This document shows positions 25,101-40,100 of a stretch of DNA of 64,000 nucleotides, one piece after another. Source of the DNA: Obrimoposthia wandeli. Taxonomy: Eukaryota. Every line of letters begins with the position of its first letter. Position 1 is the first letter of the stretch. The stretch is from assembly GCA_977020255.1 (NCBI GenBank), contig CDROCS010002056.1, positions 124,001-188,000 on the forward strand, in the 5' to 3' direction. A program made the translations under genes and the position numbers. The notes beneath the pieces were generated by a model. The model searched no databases. It saw nothing but the letters and a program-made list of their open reading frames with translations, and had not been told where the DNA came from.

Positions 25101-28088
25101 ATTGCTATAAATTGCTCTTTTTATTTTTATTATTTCTATAATATTGATGAAGCAGATCTAAAATTTGATAATATATTCATGTAAACAAATTTATTTTTCT
25201 AAGATTATATATAGAAGACTACTTTTCGTTACTGGAAGCGTAAATATTTTGTACTTTTTCTTACTCTTTCGAATAATAAAAACAAACAAATATACGTATG
25301 ATTTAATGTCATTCTATAATAACAGCACAACTACAACATATGAAATATAATAATATTTTCAGTCTTCCAATTCAGTTTAGTCCGCTAATTATTTCTAAGT
25401 TGTATCATATTTTTGCAACCTTTCATAATGTCTTCCGAAGAAAGTTTCATTTTTATAATTTCTATAGATATTGGTTTGATATGAATTCATAGATATTATA
25501 GAATGACAATAGATCATATGTTTAATTGTTTGTTCTTACTCTTTTTAAAGAGTAAGTATAGTTCGCGAATTGTTCCCACATTGTATGATATTTTTTGGAA
25601 GTTTTCATAAAATTTCATGGGATTTGAATAAATAAAAAATTACACTTCTGAAATTCCTGGCCCACCCTCGGATTAATATATGTCATTGTATAGAAAAGTG
25701 GTACTTTTCTAATTTCAGAAAAATAATCGTTTTTGTTATTATAAATTATTTAAATATAACTTTACTGTTTAAATATTATTCTTTTAATAAATAATTATTA
25801 TAAAATTACAAAAAACAACATTATCATTTCATAAATATATAAATTTACACAGATGATATCGAAAATAGTGTGGTTGTTATAATAACGAAATATCATCATT
25901 TAATTCTTCATATCTTAACTTTAACTTGTTATTGTTTCGTGTAATAACTCATTTGTTCAAATTTCCATGAAACTATACACGAAACACACGTTCTACCCTT
26001 CAAAGTCGGCGAAATTAATTATAATTGAAGACTAACTTGCAAAATATGTCGGTTAATTCGATGTGTAATTTATAACTAAAATTCTAAAATGAAATGCAGA
26101 ATAGTACTTTATATTATATAAACTAAATTCAGAAACATTTATTATATATCTATTTTATAACTTCCATAAATAATTTCAAATGTTAAAAAATTTAATTTTG
26201 AATCACGAGAATTTAAAAAATCTTGTAATTAATATAGTTTGGAAAATCAAATATTATAAAATCAATTTTCCATGATTAATATTTAAAATAAATAATTAAA
26301 AGAGTAAAATAACTTTAATTTATGCGAAAATATAAATATACTCTGTCTATCTACTCAATATAAACTTCAGCATTATTTATTTTATCAAATAAACTTATAG
26401 CTTTTTAGACATGTATTTAGATTTTTATTTTATTATTTGGTCATTTGTTGAGATTATTTAAATATCGTCAGTTATATGACGCAAATTTGAACCTTTTAAC
26501 TTTGAATCAGTTTGTTGTCGATTTAGAGTTTAAGGATAAATGTTCAAGTCTATGTAATCTCAACGATTTCTATTAGAGCAAATCTGAATTCTAAGTTAAT
26601 TTTGTCAATCATTCTCTGAGAAATTTAGATTTTACTGGTTGACCGACAATTCACAGATGAATGAATAAAATTGATTAAATATATGTTTAAATCACATAGT
26701 ATGAAATTTTATTAGTTTATATTTAATATTTTAATATTTAATTTACATTATTTGTTAATTTTCCAGTTTTGATACAGCTAAAATGATAAACAAATCGTTT
26801 TAGAAGATAATAATTTATTAGCATTTTGTTAAGCTACAATTAGCAAACTACTGCAACAGCTACTTAAAAGCTAATTGTTTCAATTGTCTATCAATCTTCG
26901 TGTATAGTCTTTTGTCACAGCTGATTTGCTGGTAACGTTTTGTGGAGCTCTTTGTTATATACTGTTGTCAGAAAGAGACAGAGAGAACTTATTTTGAGAT
27001 AACGACGCGATGTAGTTGTCATGCTATTTTCTGTACTCTCTAAACACAGTTTCTAGCTTCATTTAGGCTTCATATTTCATAAATAAATCACATTTAAATT
27101 CAGACTTATTGATACCGAAGATGTTAATTACCCTTTCTTAGCGGTAGTTTTGTAAGTAGTTAATATATTAATTTATGATTAAATACTGCTAATATTTTGT
27201 ATTAAACTCCCTAATGTTATAATACCACAATTTTACAATATCTGTTAATAATATACCCATTTTATAAAGTTTAGTTGGACATGAAATTATAAAAATGCTG
27301 TTAGAGTTGATTAACCTTAAATTATGGTTGCTTAAGTTGCATAATAATTGTCTGATAACCCCATATTCCAGAGGTTTATGCCATTTCAAATTTTTAACAC
27401 AAATTTCAACAAATATTTACGCTTGTTTCACAATTATTTAAAGTTATTAGAATGCTTTCCTAAAAATCTTTTACATGAAATCTCTAATTAAACACTTAAA
27501 TTTCAATATCATGGCCGTCTCATAGATCGCAGGAATATGTTGTCACCTTCAAACTAGAGTTAAGAAATACGATCAGAGTATTGAAGATATATTTAAGAGG
27601 AGGAAATCAAGAATAATAATCAATCAGATGAATGCTAGGAATATGTTTAATAAAAATACAAGCTAGAAGAAGGTGCAATTTAGTGATACACACATTTGGA
27701 GCATATAAAGAAGTATATGAAATCCGAGAATATTATGAAAATGTAGAGGAAAAGTTCAACAATTTGCTACCAATAGCTATTGACTTCTAGGAAGAAGAAA
27801 AAAGGGAGTGGGATAGAGATCCAGTCAAAAATCAAAAGATTACATGATAATATTTGTCGTCACAAATAAAACGTTCCGGAATAAAAATTTAAAGTCAAAG
27901 GGCATCTGTGAGATCAACTTGGAAAGCGAATTTGGCGCATTGGTTGGAAATATGGTGGGTGATAAGACAAACAATCTTTTTCATCTGTGTTTGGATTTGG
28001 TATGTGATCCTCTAAAGTAGATTGAAAAGCTTAGATTTTCCGTAGATGCAATTTCTGTGAGATGTGTATTGCAAATAGAAGATGAAAA

Positions 28089-28123
<35 letters not shown>

Positions 28124-31100
28124 ATGCGTCATGTAATGCCTTCTGGTTAGTAACTTTGATAAAGTAAAGGGATGAAAATAAAGTAAGACTGGTTGGCTAC
28201 GTGCAGAGTATCCAGATTAGATAAATAAGTATTCCATTATTCGATTTAACCGTAACTTAAGAAGAACTGCCACTGACACGGGTATTTACACATGCATATG
28301 AAGGATGGCACGAATAGAGTGGCATGAGTGCTATTTGTGGGGTTTGTTCTTTAGTTGATTGAGTGCTTGTGGTTGTTGAAGTGGGTTTGATGATCATATT
28401 TGACCAAGGTGAGAGCATGTTGTGACTGTATTTTAAGTTACTAAGTTTCATTATAGTTTTTAATTAGTTTGATTGATTTAATGTTTTTTTCTGTTTGTAG
28501 ATAAGTACCTGACCTATCGCTTGAAGTATGACAAAAGTCACATTTATTCTGACAACTTCAAAACTGATCATCGACCAGGTTCAAGAATGGTACTTTTAGA
28601 TTGAATTGTCTGTGTGTTACAATCTATCTTAGGATGTTGGGTCTAGAATGTCTGATTTCCATGCATCCATGTTTAGCGGCAAAGATCCTGATGGAATACC
28701 TCCAAAGGTGGGTACTATTTTTAGGTAGAAAATTTGTCGAGAAGTTTAAACTATTTTTTATAATAATAGCTGATATTGTACAAATAATTATGAAAAGATA
28801 ATATTATAGCATATTGTGTAATGTTTAATATTTATTTTAAAAAAACTAGTTTTTTGCACGCGAACATATTCAGAGATGATAAAAATAGTTCAAATGACAT
28901 ATGATGACATTTGCATTTGCTTAAATATTATTTTTGCAGAATTTATTACATTCAAGTGACCTAGAAATTGAAATAAGTCATTTTATATAATAAAATTGTG
29001 TTTTTGTACGATAATAAGTTTTAAAGCATCCTTATTTAAATTGGTAATTTTATTGATATAATAATTCAATGAAAGCTTTTTATACACTAGGGGTTCTCAA
29101 ACTGTTTTAGCTGCGGAACACTTTGGTATTATTATTTTAAAAAATAATTAAAAAATTCTTAAAACCGTAAAGTGAACAATAAAAATAAAACTTATTTATA
29201 TTGAAAAATGAATAAAAAATTGAAAGTTTAACTAAGGAAGTATTTATGTAGTTATAGTGGGCCTATGCCCTGGTAGGTAGAGACAAGTAACCTTCATGGC
29301 AATTTTTGTAAATTTATTTTTTTTAATTTTGGCTCGCAGAAGCCCTGATTTTGTTTATGGAACCATTTTTGGGAACTCCTGGTATACACTTTGGCAAATG
29401 GTGGACGAGGATTGCAAATATCAGGAAATGGAACAATCATACTACCGACACAGTAGTCATATTCATAAATTTCAAAAATTATTTGGCAGAAAACATGAGT
29501 CTCGACAATCTGAGAAGAAGCGTCTGATATCACTAGAGTTCGATATTGATCACAAAACACCCTGAACTTGGTCAATAGTCAATCTTTAAGGGTTCAAACA
29601 AAATTAAAACAAAATTCTCCAAATTTTTAAAAGCAATTCCTAAAATTTGTTCATTTAAATTTAAAATTTTTTTTGGCCCTAAAATTAAAAAGTATTTTAT
29701 TTACTTGTACATAATTTTGGTTCAAAAAATTTGTACATAAAAACGTTAGTCTCAAATTTCTCCCCAAATGTTCACCAACTTTTTTTTACATTTTAAACTA
29801 CTTTTTTGTGAGTAAAAATAGTTTATGAAAATTTATTAAATTAAAATCTTAAGAATTTCTAGAAAAATACAAATACACACAACTTGCAAATAATTGCAAT
29901 ATGGTTTCAAAATTTTACCTAAATTTATTTGTAAATAGAAAGGTTTTTGTAAATTTATTAAATCAAATCCGAAAAATTCAAAACAAAGGCATATATTGCA
30001 CAAAACTTGCAAATAGTTGCACAAAGTTGCAATGTGATTTTAAAAAAATTTTATTTGTCTGTAGAAAAACTTTTGTAAATTTTTAAAATCTAAATCTCAG
30101 AAATTCATCAGAATTCAAAGTTGTAATTTAGGGATTGTATTCATCTCGTTTCATCAAACAAACTTACACTCTCTCTTTTGATAGGATATAATATTTATAC
30201 TTGTAAGATTAGTTACTAAATATTATTGAGATAATGTTAGATTTGGTATGTGGTGTTTTTTATCATATCTTTTTATGATCTAAGAACTAAGATAAAACGT
30301 TTTCAGTTAGGTGTTGGGCAAAGGCGAAAACAATCAAAAATGAAACCAGAAAAGACGTTGAACTTAGAGTCAAAGGCTGCTAAGCTGAATGATTTCTTCA
30401 AAAAAATTCAAAACGTGATATATTAATTTAGATAAAATCCAATATTCTTCATCAGAAGAGGATACAAATACCACTTTGATTGCCTCAAAATAATAATACG
30501 ATGACGTTGGAACCATTGAGATGTTACGAGACGGTTCATCTGACACATATCTCACTACAAATCACACCCTACCTGCAAATCCTCTTGATACATCTACTAC
30601 AAATGTTAAACTAATTTCTGAAATTGAAAGTTTAGTGGGCCATAATGATAATTGCAAAATGATTCAGTCTTATCTACAGTGCATCTTCTCTGTACCAGGG
30701 TCATATTCTGAAATGTTATTGATTACAATTTGATTGCTTAATTATTCTTTTTAACTACTAAATTATAAAATCTAAAAAGGTTTTATTTATATATTTATTT
30801 ATTTTTGAGTAATGTTTTTTAACTCTGTTGAGTTTAGACTAAAATTCGTAATGATATTTGAATGCAAAATATCCGTTAGTTATGTTTATTTAAATTATAA
30901 TTATCTATATTATTGATAATATAACTTATAATAGCAGGGTTCCTAATTGAATGCTCGGAATTGAATGAAATTTTTCACATAGATAGATAATCGTAAAATA
31001 TCCTACTCACCCAAAGCTTTTCCGAGAGAGCTCAAAATAAGTCTTTTACACAAAAGAATCACTAAAATTGCTAGATTTATTTGATTGAAAATAGTACATA

Positions 31101-34100
31101 ATGCTAATTATTTTAATTCAATAATTTATAAATATGTAATTTAGTTTGTAAATTAAAAATTCTAATAAAAGGATAAAAAATAACATGGTTATATCATTTA
31201 TAATTAAATATATATAACAAGAGAAGATTCCCAACTAGAGAAGATTACCTCTGAATATTAAAATAATCATGTTTAAATAAAAAGTAAATATTTATCATTC
31301 ATAAGTAAATATTTGCAAAAAAAACTAGGAAATTTTGAACTTATCAATTAAATTAATTATGTTTAAATGTTCTTACATCGTCAAAATCTGAAACAGTACG
31401 GGATTTGAAAGTTTGTTTACATGTAGGTTTTACTAATATTTAAGCTATACTATTTTTTCCTGCTAAATTTAGTTTAAGTTAATAATATTAATTCTTTATA
31501 ATTATTTTGAGGTTCGTATTCTTTTTTGTATTATTTATTTATTTAACAAATAATATAACTTTCAAAATGTTAATTCTTTGTTTACCCTAAATCACATTAT
31601 ACCTATTTAAAATAACTTCAATAAACATATAATTTGAAATATTACAATTTAAAATAATATTTTAATTTTATAATTCTTTTTCTTTTAATATGTTTTAACA
31701 ACTTTTAAACATAGATTCGTAAATTTAACATTTTAACCAATAAAATTAATTTGAATTAGGTTGAAGGGTTCATTTTGAGAATATTCCCTTGTAAATATTT
31801 TTGGCTTATATTTTATGTAGATGACATTTAAAAGAGAAAATCTCTGTCTGAATTCAAAAATGATCATATATTCAAAAGATAATTTATAATAGTTATCTTT
31901 TTTAAACTAAAGAAACTCATTTGAATATTTAAAATATAATTTTCATTTTATTATTTCAATTGCTAATGAAATTTATGGCTAGGTACTTTTATTATTTACG
32001 TCATATTTTATTTTTTTATTTGAATTTAGGAAAAGTATAAATAAATTTGTAATATTACAGTATGAATTTTAAAACCAAAATAATAATCATATGTAAAGAT
32101 AATTTCATAATATAAATTATTGTATATTATTTAATTATTTATATTGAATTTAGGACAATTTTTAAGAATATTAATATTTACTTATCATATTTATTATATT
32201 TTAATATGATAAATTTATTTTAAATTTTTTCCCGAAAATATTAGAATTTCTTACTTATCAATTATATTACTTTACTAATAGCCTTACTGAAATTCATTTT
32301 AAAATTGTAATATTTTCGATAAAAAAACAAATTAATTTAACATTTTACTTGTGTTTTTTAACATTCTTCTTGTACATTCTTATTTCCAGCCCTCACAGAA
32401 AAACGTTAGGGGAGTCATATATTTTTCACTTATCTAAATATACAAAATTTACTCTAATTTCGAGCATGCAAGTCTGTAGCTTTCCACTGTGAAAATATAT
32501 ACAACTTAAAAACGTTTTGTATGAATATTTCAATAGAAATAAATGTAATTGTAAAGAAAATAATTAAAAAACTTAATTTAGGTTTGTAACATTCAATAAT
32601 TTTGTAATCGTTACATTCAAAATAATTATAACTAATTTCAGAAGAAAGGCGAAGAATGTCTTAAATGTTTGCTGAAATTCAAACACACAAAGTGTCAATC
32701 GGTAATGACTTTTTCATTCAACACCACATTAATATATTATGCTTCTGTTTTCATTTTAGCACAAGTACATCCGGGTCGGGGGTGGTTACCGTCATGGATA
32801 TTACTATGTTCAGATGCTGTTGGAGAACCTGGAGCTGCAAAGACAGAAGGAAGAGATGTTGCAAAAAAGACTGGAAGCAATTGCAGAAGGAAGTAAGTAC
32901 TAATAGTTATCAAATGTACAATTGAAATATGTTTTGATTCGTCTAGTTTTAGTTTGGAAACAATGAAGACTGCGTAAATTTAAATATTTATCCTAAATAG
33001 TAAAACATTTTGAGTTCATTAAACATTTTGCTTAATTTTTATTTTAAAAAATTGTACTTCAATATCATATTTAAAAAATAATTATGTAAAAAAAATTTTG
33101 TTTGATGTTTGCATTTTAAACAAAAATTGTTTAAATAAATTAATAAAATTAATGAAAATTTTGCGAAAATTTAAATATTTGTAAAAAAAGTAGTAAAGTC
33201 TTTTGATTTTTTATTAAACATTTTTGCTTAATATTTATTTTAAATAATGTTACTTTAATATATTTTTTTTAAAACCTGTTAAATTAAAATTTGTTTAACT
33301 TTAACAAAAACTAACAAATTAAATTGACATAAATTTAAAAATTTTATATATTTCTTTTACAAGTACTTTTATTTTTCACCAGGACCTCTTAATTTTATTA
33401 AACAAACTTGTTTAATTAAATTAATAAAAAAATTGCATAAATTTAAATCTTTATTAAAAATAAATATTAATAAATTATTTTTTTTTTCCATATAATTATT
33501 TTTAATTATCGTTCTTTAATATTTAAAAAAAAATCCGTTAAATTAAAATTTGTTTAACTTTAATAAATACTAACAATTTAATTTGGCACAACTTTAAATT
33601 AAAAAATATTATTATTTTGGAAATTACAAGTATTTTTTTTTTATCAGGATACCTTAACTTATGCATATTCATAAGGGTATGGTTGAACTCAATTTTGATA
33701 GACAAATACAACAATGTAATAAAATTATCAAGTTTGTTCCAAATTTGACCTTTAACTTGTGGACGACCATAAAAGCTTTACATGAATAAACTCAATATTT
33801 TGTCAATCTAAAACATCTACTTAAAACTTTGAAATTCCAACTTTTTTTACCCCTTCATATATGGTCAACCATACCTTTATGGATGCTTTCGCCTTCTAAA
33901 TATGATTCCAACATGTACTAAAATATTGATATTTTAAACTTGATTTTGTCTGTAGCCCGACCCCTTCATCTATGGACGACCACAACCCTTTAGATGTGAT
34001 GGCCAACCATAGTTGACCTCAACTATACCTTCAAACCTTGAAGTCATAACTGAACAGACCCTTTCATCTATGGACGACCACAACCCCTTGGGTATATTGG

Positions 34101-37100
34101 TCGACAATAGAGGGTCACGACTATACCTTAAAATCCTCATAACCTTTCTCAGCCAGACACTTATGGTGTGGCAAATCACCCTTGTGAGATTGTGTATGCA
34201 CACAAGGGGGAGGATATCAAGTGGCCTAGATTCCATCCTTCCACAACATTAACTACAAATAAAACAAAATCTAATATTTTTGTATTTGTTCTTATTTTAC
34301 AAGGGAAGACCCATCTCCTTTTAAGTTGTTAAATTTTAAATGTATAGTTTCTCCAAAAATTATAATATAATATTTAAACTTTTACATATTCAACTTCTAA
34401 ATTAAAAAAATCTAACAAACTATCATATCGAATCGGAAAGTCTAATATAAACTATTTAGAATACATACTTTTTTATTATTTTATGGACGAAATAATTACT
34501 ATTATCTATTGAGATTTTTCAACTACTTACTGTCCATTGTTATACTTTATTAATCAATCTTCTTTATTACAATGGAGTTTAAACAATGATGGTACTACTA
34601 ACTGCTGACAGAAAATAGGAAACTTTCTTTCTTGAATATGTATAGAACTTTTATAACAATTAAAATTTGATTTATTTATTTTAAATTTCTATAGTTAATT
34701 ACATTGAACTTCAAGACAGAAGACCCAATGTTTGTTATAGCGAATCTCCAACGAGATTCAAACTACATATTTTACAACACATAAAAGAAAAAAGTAAAAC
34801 ATTATGCAAACAAATTTATTAAACATCAAAATAATAAATATTGTTATGTTGAGTAAAGTGGAATGTTGCCTATTTGTTTTATGTATATTCTTGGAGTAGA
34901 AAACACCCGCAACCTACATTAACTATTAATGTAGCATCCCTGTAGCCGAACTAATGATGTATTAGCAGTCTTTCGGCATCAGTAAGGGTTGTTGTAGTTT
35001 GCTGATTATTCTAGAGTTACCGAATCAAGAATATCTTTTAGGTGACGCAGGTATTCGAAGATATTTTAGAAATTAGTACAGCAATAAAGTGTTGTTACGT
35101 TAATATCCAGCATTTATTACATAATCTTTAAAAATGATTAAAAATATTGTTACACAATAATTAAAAAAGTTCTTGACAGAAAAATAGAAGATAACAGTCA
35201 TTCATTTTCATAAAATAATAATATTATGTTATGTCATGACCCTGAAAAATTTTTATTAATTTGAAAAATTATAGAATAACAAATTTAATATTTTTAAAAA
35301 TATTTAAATATTCCTGTTAAATAAGGTGTTCCTCTTTTAATCATTATAATTTATCCCAATATTAATGATTTTTTAAATTTATAAGTTTTTTAAATTAAAG
35401 TAATAATGAAAAGCCTATATACTTATAAAATGTAATTGAAATACTTTAATTTTGGTATATACTAATCCTTGATTATTTCAGATTCTCGCGCAATCAAGAC
35501 GTACATAAGAACAAAGAGTGGTCGTCTGATAGAGAAGATAGTCTATATGAATGAGGAAGACTACAAGGCATTCCTGGATGCAATTGCTAGAGGTGAAGAC
35601 CCCTCAAAGATTCTGGAAAATTACTTGAGCAAGGATGATATGAAGAATCTCGACTCTTACGACAAAGACGAGCAGGTGGCAGTCAAAACTTATGTTCGTA
35701 CAAAGAGCGGGCGACTGATTGAAAAGATTGTTTACGTTTCGAAGAAAGACTTTGAAGCTATGCAGAAAGGAGAAATTGATGCGAATGAATTTATGCGCCG
35801 GAAACTGGGACTAAAGAGCGGTGAGAAATTGGAGGGTTGGAAAGAGTCAAAGATGCGAAAAGTGATGATGAAAGTTAGAACGAAGAGTGGTCGAATAATC
35901 GAAAAAGAGGTGATGATTTCTGAGGAGGACTATCAAAAACTGCAGGCTGGAGGCAATCTGGACGAGATTATGAGCAAATATATGAAGCCAGAGCCAGGAA
36001 CGAAGTTGCTGGGTTGGGAAAAGAAAAAGAAACCAGGAATGAAGGTGGTCAAAACCTGGGTGCGCACAAAAAGTGGGAGATTGGTAGAAAAAACCATTAT
36101 GATGACTGAAGAAGAGTATGCAGATTTTGTAAAGGGTGGACAAAATCCCGATTTTTTGAAGAAATACTTGAATTTGAAAGAAGGAGAAACAATTGACAGA
36201 TGGGAGAAGAAATCAACAGTTTATGAAGGTTCTGATGATGAAAAAATCCAAAAAGGTATGACTTCATTAATTAAAAAAATATATTTTCAATTTTTTAAAT
36301 GTTTTGGTTAAAACATTTCGAATTCACAAAGTTGAAATACATTTTGAGTACAAAGACTTATTTAGTTTAAGTTAATTTCATAACTGTAAATATTAATTAT
36401 AGGAGAATTTATTTCAGGTAAAAATATTCCTGATTTTTAATATATTTTTAAATTTATTTATTTATTCTCAAACAAGTTGGTTGACAAAATATTTCCTCCC
36501 TAATTCCATTATTTTATTTATTTGTTTGTTTAAGTTAATATTGTAACATACGTTGCGCTATTTTTAAATTGAAATGATTAATTACTCTTAATTACCTAAT
36601 TAACCATTTCTTCACCATTATTTATACCTCCTAGATTTTTGGGAGATTATAGATTTTTTCAAATTTATATTACATCAATGTTACTTCATTAAGTGGTTTT
36701 ATTTTCTTTATGAAACTTTTGTGTTTTAAATATGTTTGTTAATCTGTTAATTTTATGAAAAAATGTTAATTTTGGTCGACATTTAATCAATCAAATCGAT
36801 TTAAATAAAAAATACAAATGTATTCGCTAAGCCTACGGTTAATAATTAACAATAATCGAGACTTCGGACCAACTGTTGTAATTATTATACTCTTTTTTTC
36901 ATTTTTTAATTTCAATACTATTTGCCTAAAACATAATAGAAACATTAAATTATTATAAAAGCCTTAGTTTTTTTATTTTTATATCTTTTATGCAGTTATG
37001 TTACAGAGCTAATATTTTTGAGAATATTTTCGATTTTCACTTTGATCATTTATTTTTTAATTGTTTACATCAAAGCAAATAAGCAAATTTCATGAATGCC

Positions 37101-40100
37101 AATATAAGGGAATTCATCCATTTAAAGAAATTATTGTCTTAAGTCTTTACAGGATAAATTTATGACAAAACAGTATTACTCATGATAATTAATTGCTGAT
37201 TAAGAAAATTGACTTAATAAGCAATAAATTTAAATGGGTCAATCAGACCGTATTTCTGTTTGTACATTACGGTACCTTGTTTTATGTGATTATGTTCACG
37301 TTGTTGTGAGGCTATACATATCCAGTGGTTAATATGAATTAAAAGTGGGATTGTAAGTTTAAAGACTAGACAGGATATATGAATGAGAGAAATTGTAGCA
37401 TCACAATGTATTGGAGAATTCTGAAAGATGTAACATAATACACTATTGAGAAAGCAAATATAGGTTTAATGAGTTAGTAGCAAGGATCTAAATAATATTA
37501 ACACGACTTAGAAGAAGATATGACTCAAGAAGCAGTTATATATATACCAGACAATGCTACAAAAAGTTACCACGAATATTAGTCTAATATTTTTGGAGTA
37601 GAAACGAAAAGAAAGATTGGGAGATTCTATTGAAACATTGCTGAAATATGCCCAGCAATTTACAAAAGATTTAGAAACGCAGATGAAATAGCACTAAGGA
37701 TGGATAGTAATATTAATAAACCAATTAAAGTTTATTCTAACATAAGCTAAGCCAATGTGGTGGACTAAAAAGCAGTTGATAGGGACAGCAAACATCAAAT
37801 TGGAAGAAAGTATTTACAAAATTGTACAAGAGAACGTTACAGTGATCAGTGCAGTGCGTATAAGAAATGGTTTGTGGCAGACCAATGGAAAAAAGTAAAT
37901 GACAAAAAGTTGCCTAATAAATGTTTACAGAAATGTCATTAAAATGCAAAAGAAGCATCAAGACAGTATATGAAGACATATTAGTCCGATTGACCTGATC
38001 CATTTGCAAGTTCAACTAAAAATGATGGTGAATTCGTGAGTAGGTAGATGTGGCACTTCTGGAACAAAGCCCCCCCTGAGGACAAAATTTTTTCAAGGTC
38101 AAGTTGAGGACAAAAAATGTAGGTCAAGTTAAGGTCACGGTGAGGTCAAGATGTAGGTCATGACCTCATGAGGTCATGACCCCCCTATGCTCAGGAAAAA
38201 TGTCTTTGTCCTGAAAGACACACATCAAGTAGGGGGATGTGTGTCTTTCAGGACAAAGACATTTTGAGCATACCCCCCCCTTGAGCACAGTTTAAGGTCA
38301 CGGTGAGGACATGACCTCATGAAGTCAACTTAAGGTCACGGTGCGGACAAGATGTAGGTCATGAGGTCAAGTTAAGGTCAATGTACTTTAAGGTCATTAC
38401 GTCATGAGGACAATGTACTTTAAGGTCAAGTTAAGGTCATGATGAGGACAATGTACTTTAAGGTCAACTTAAGGTCATGACGTCATGAGGACAACTTAAG
38501 GTCACGGTGAGGTCAAAAAGATTTTATTTTTAGTAACATTCTTTAAATCTATATATCTTTTTATCTAAAGACTGTATTAACACCAATTCAACAAAATACA
38601 TCTAGTGTGTGTGTGTGTTTTATAATTTAAATTAAATTATCTACTTATAAAATAAAGTATTATATAATTTGATAAATTTATTTAAACTAAATTAAATTAA
38701 ACTATCTACTTATAAAATAAAGTATTATATAATTTGATAATCATGTTTAAACGTTCCTATATCTATCTAACAAAGACAGTCACGTACTGCATCTATATTG
38801 CAAAAGCCTGCAAATTTATGTAAATAAAGACAAGTATTTCAAACACATATATTCCTTAAAATCACAAAGGAGAATAAAAATATGTACAACACATATAAAA
38901 AGTTTATACAACCTCGTCCAGGTATAAAAAGTGACCATAGGCGACTGAACGGTTTTTCTCCACCCACTTGCGCTTATCATCACTACTACTTAAGGCAATT
39001 TTACTTAACCTTACAGTGAAAAGTTGATGATTTAGCGAGCTTATACGTTGTTGTTGTACACGCTCGCTAACGCCACTCTCATATACGGCTAAGTAATTAG
39101 AGTGCCTAATACTCGTCTGTCGGAGACTAATACCTTTCGCTCTCATCTGAGATTCACCTTCTGTAGTCTCTAGGCTATATGATTTTGGTCGTAGAAAAAT
39201 CCCTTGCCTATAACTAAATAATCCCTTACTCTCATCTTTAAATTTTCCTATCGCTGTATTAAGCGTCGTATAAAGCGGATGGGATTTTGGAAATTTCGAG
39301 ATATCCAACAGTCCATCAGCAATCATAGCAGGTAACAGTGATTCTTGAACATTGACATTATTACACTTCAAGAAAAAGCTATCAGTGTCACCCGCTATAA
39401 TTCTAATGTCGCAGTTAAATTGAACTCGATATTTCTCCAACTGCTCATATTGTAGATCATACATACGAAGTTTGCTTAAATCTAATACCGCCTGGCCCAT
39501 GTAACTAGGACGATCCAAAACAATATTTTCCTTATCCAGTAAAACTGCAATAAGATCCGTATCGATTTCGATTGTCCTACGAAAGTGGGCTTTACTGCAA
39601 TAGGTAACCAGCTTCTGTGGAGTATTACAAATCCGGAAATTAATTCTTTTCATTAGATTCTCAATGAGTTTTCAAAATAAAGAATTCACCTTCAGTTTAT
39701 AATAATCCCGCTCGAAATCTGTTGTAGCCGCAGCTCTTTTGAGAGAATTATCCTCAATATATTTTGAAAAAACATTAGTTTGTTCAAACTGTATTGCTCT
39801 ATATACAAAATCTACCTTAGCACCAAGTCTAACGTACATTTGTAGTAATCTAGAATGCACAACATAATGTTTCTTAGGGTAATGCGTTAATAACAATTTT
39901 TCAGTCTTACACCCTGGTGGACGCTGTTTAATGGGAGCAAGGGGAAGATCGTCGAATTTATTATGAAGCTCGAAGGGAATGGATAAATCTATTTCCAATA
40001 AATGAGCGAAGCGACTACAGGATAAATCTACTGATTTTAAACTGGAAATAATATTCCCCAACTCTAACCGATCAGTCACCCAGGAAAAGTTACCACAAGG

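Noticed and set aside
23970-28100. Coding-like purine-rich stretches (24.0-24.9 kb minus, 27.5-28.1 kb plus) as retroelement fossils
   Set aside because: No recognisable RT or endonuclease motif survives
29580-33660. Degenerate AT-rich local repeats (29.6-30.1 kb, 33.0-33.7 kb)
   Set aside because: Low-complexity intronic sequence without definable termini or unit structure
38090-38515. CRISPR or prokaryotic iteron interpretation of the short TIR repeats
   Set aside because: Units are 11-17 bp without unique spacers and lie inside a eukaryotic Maverick TIR
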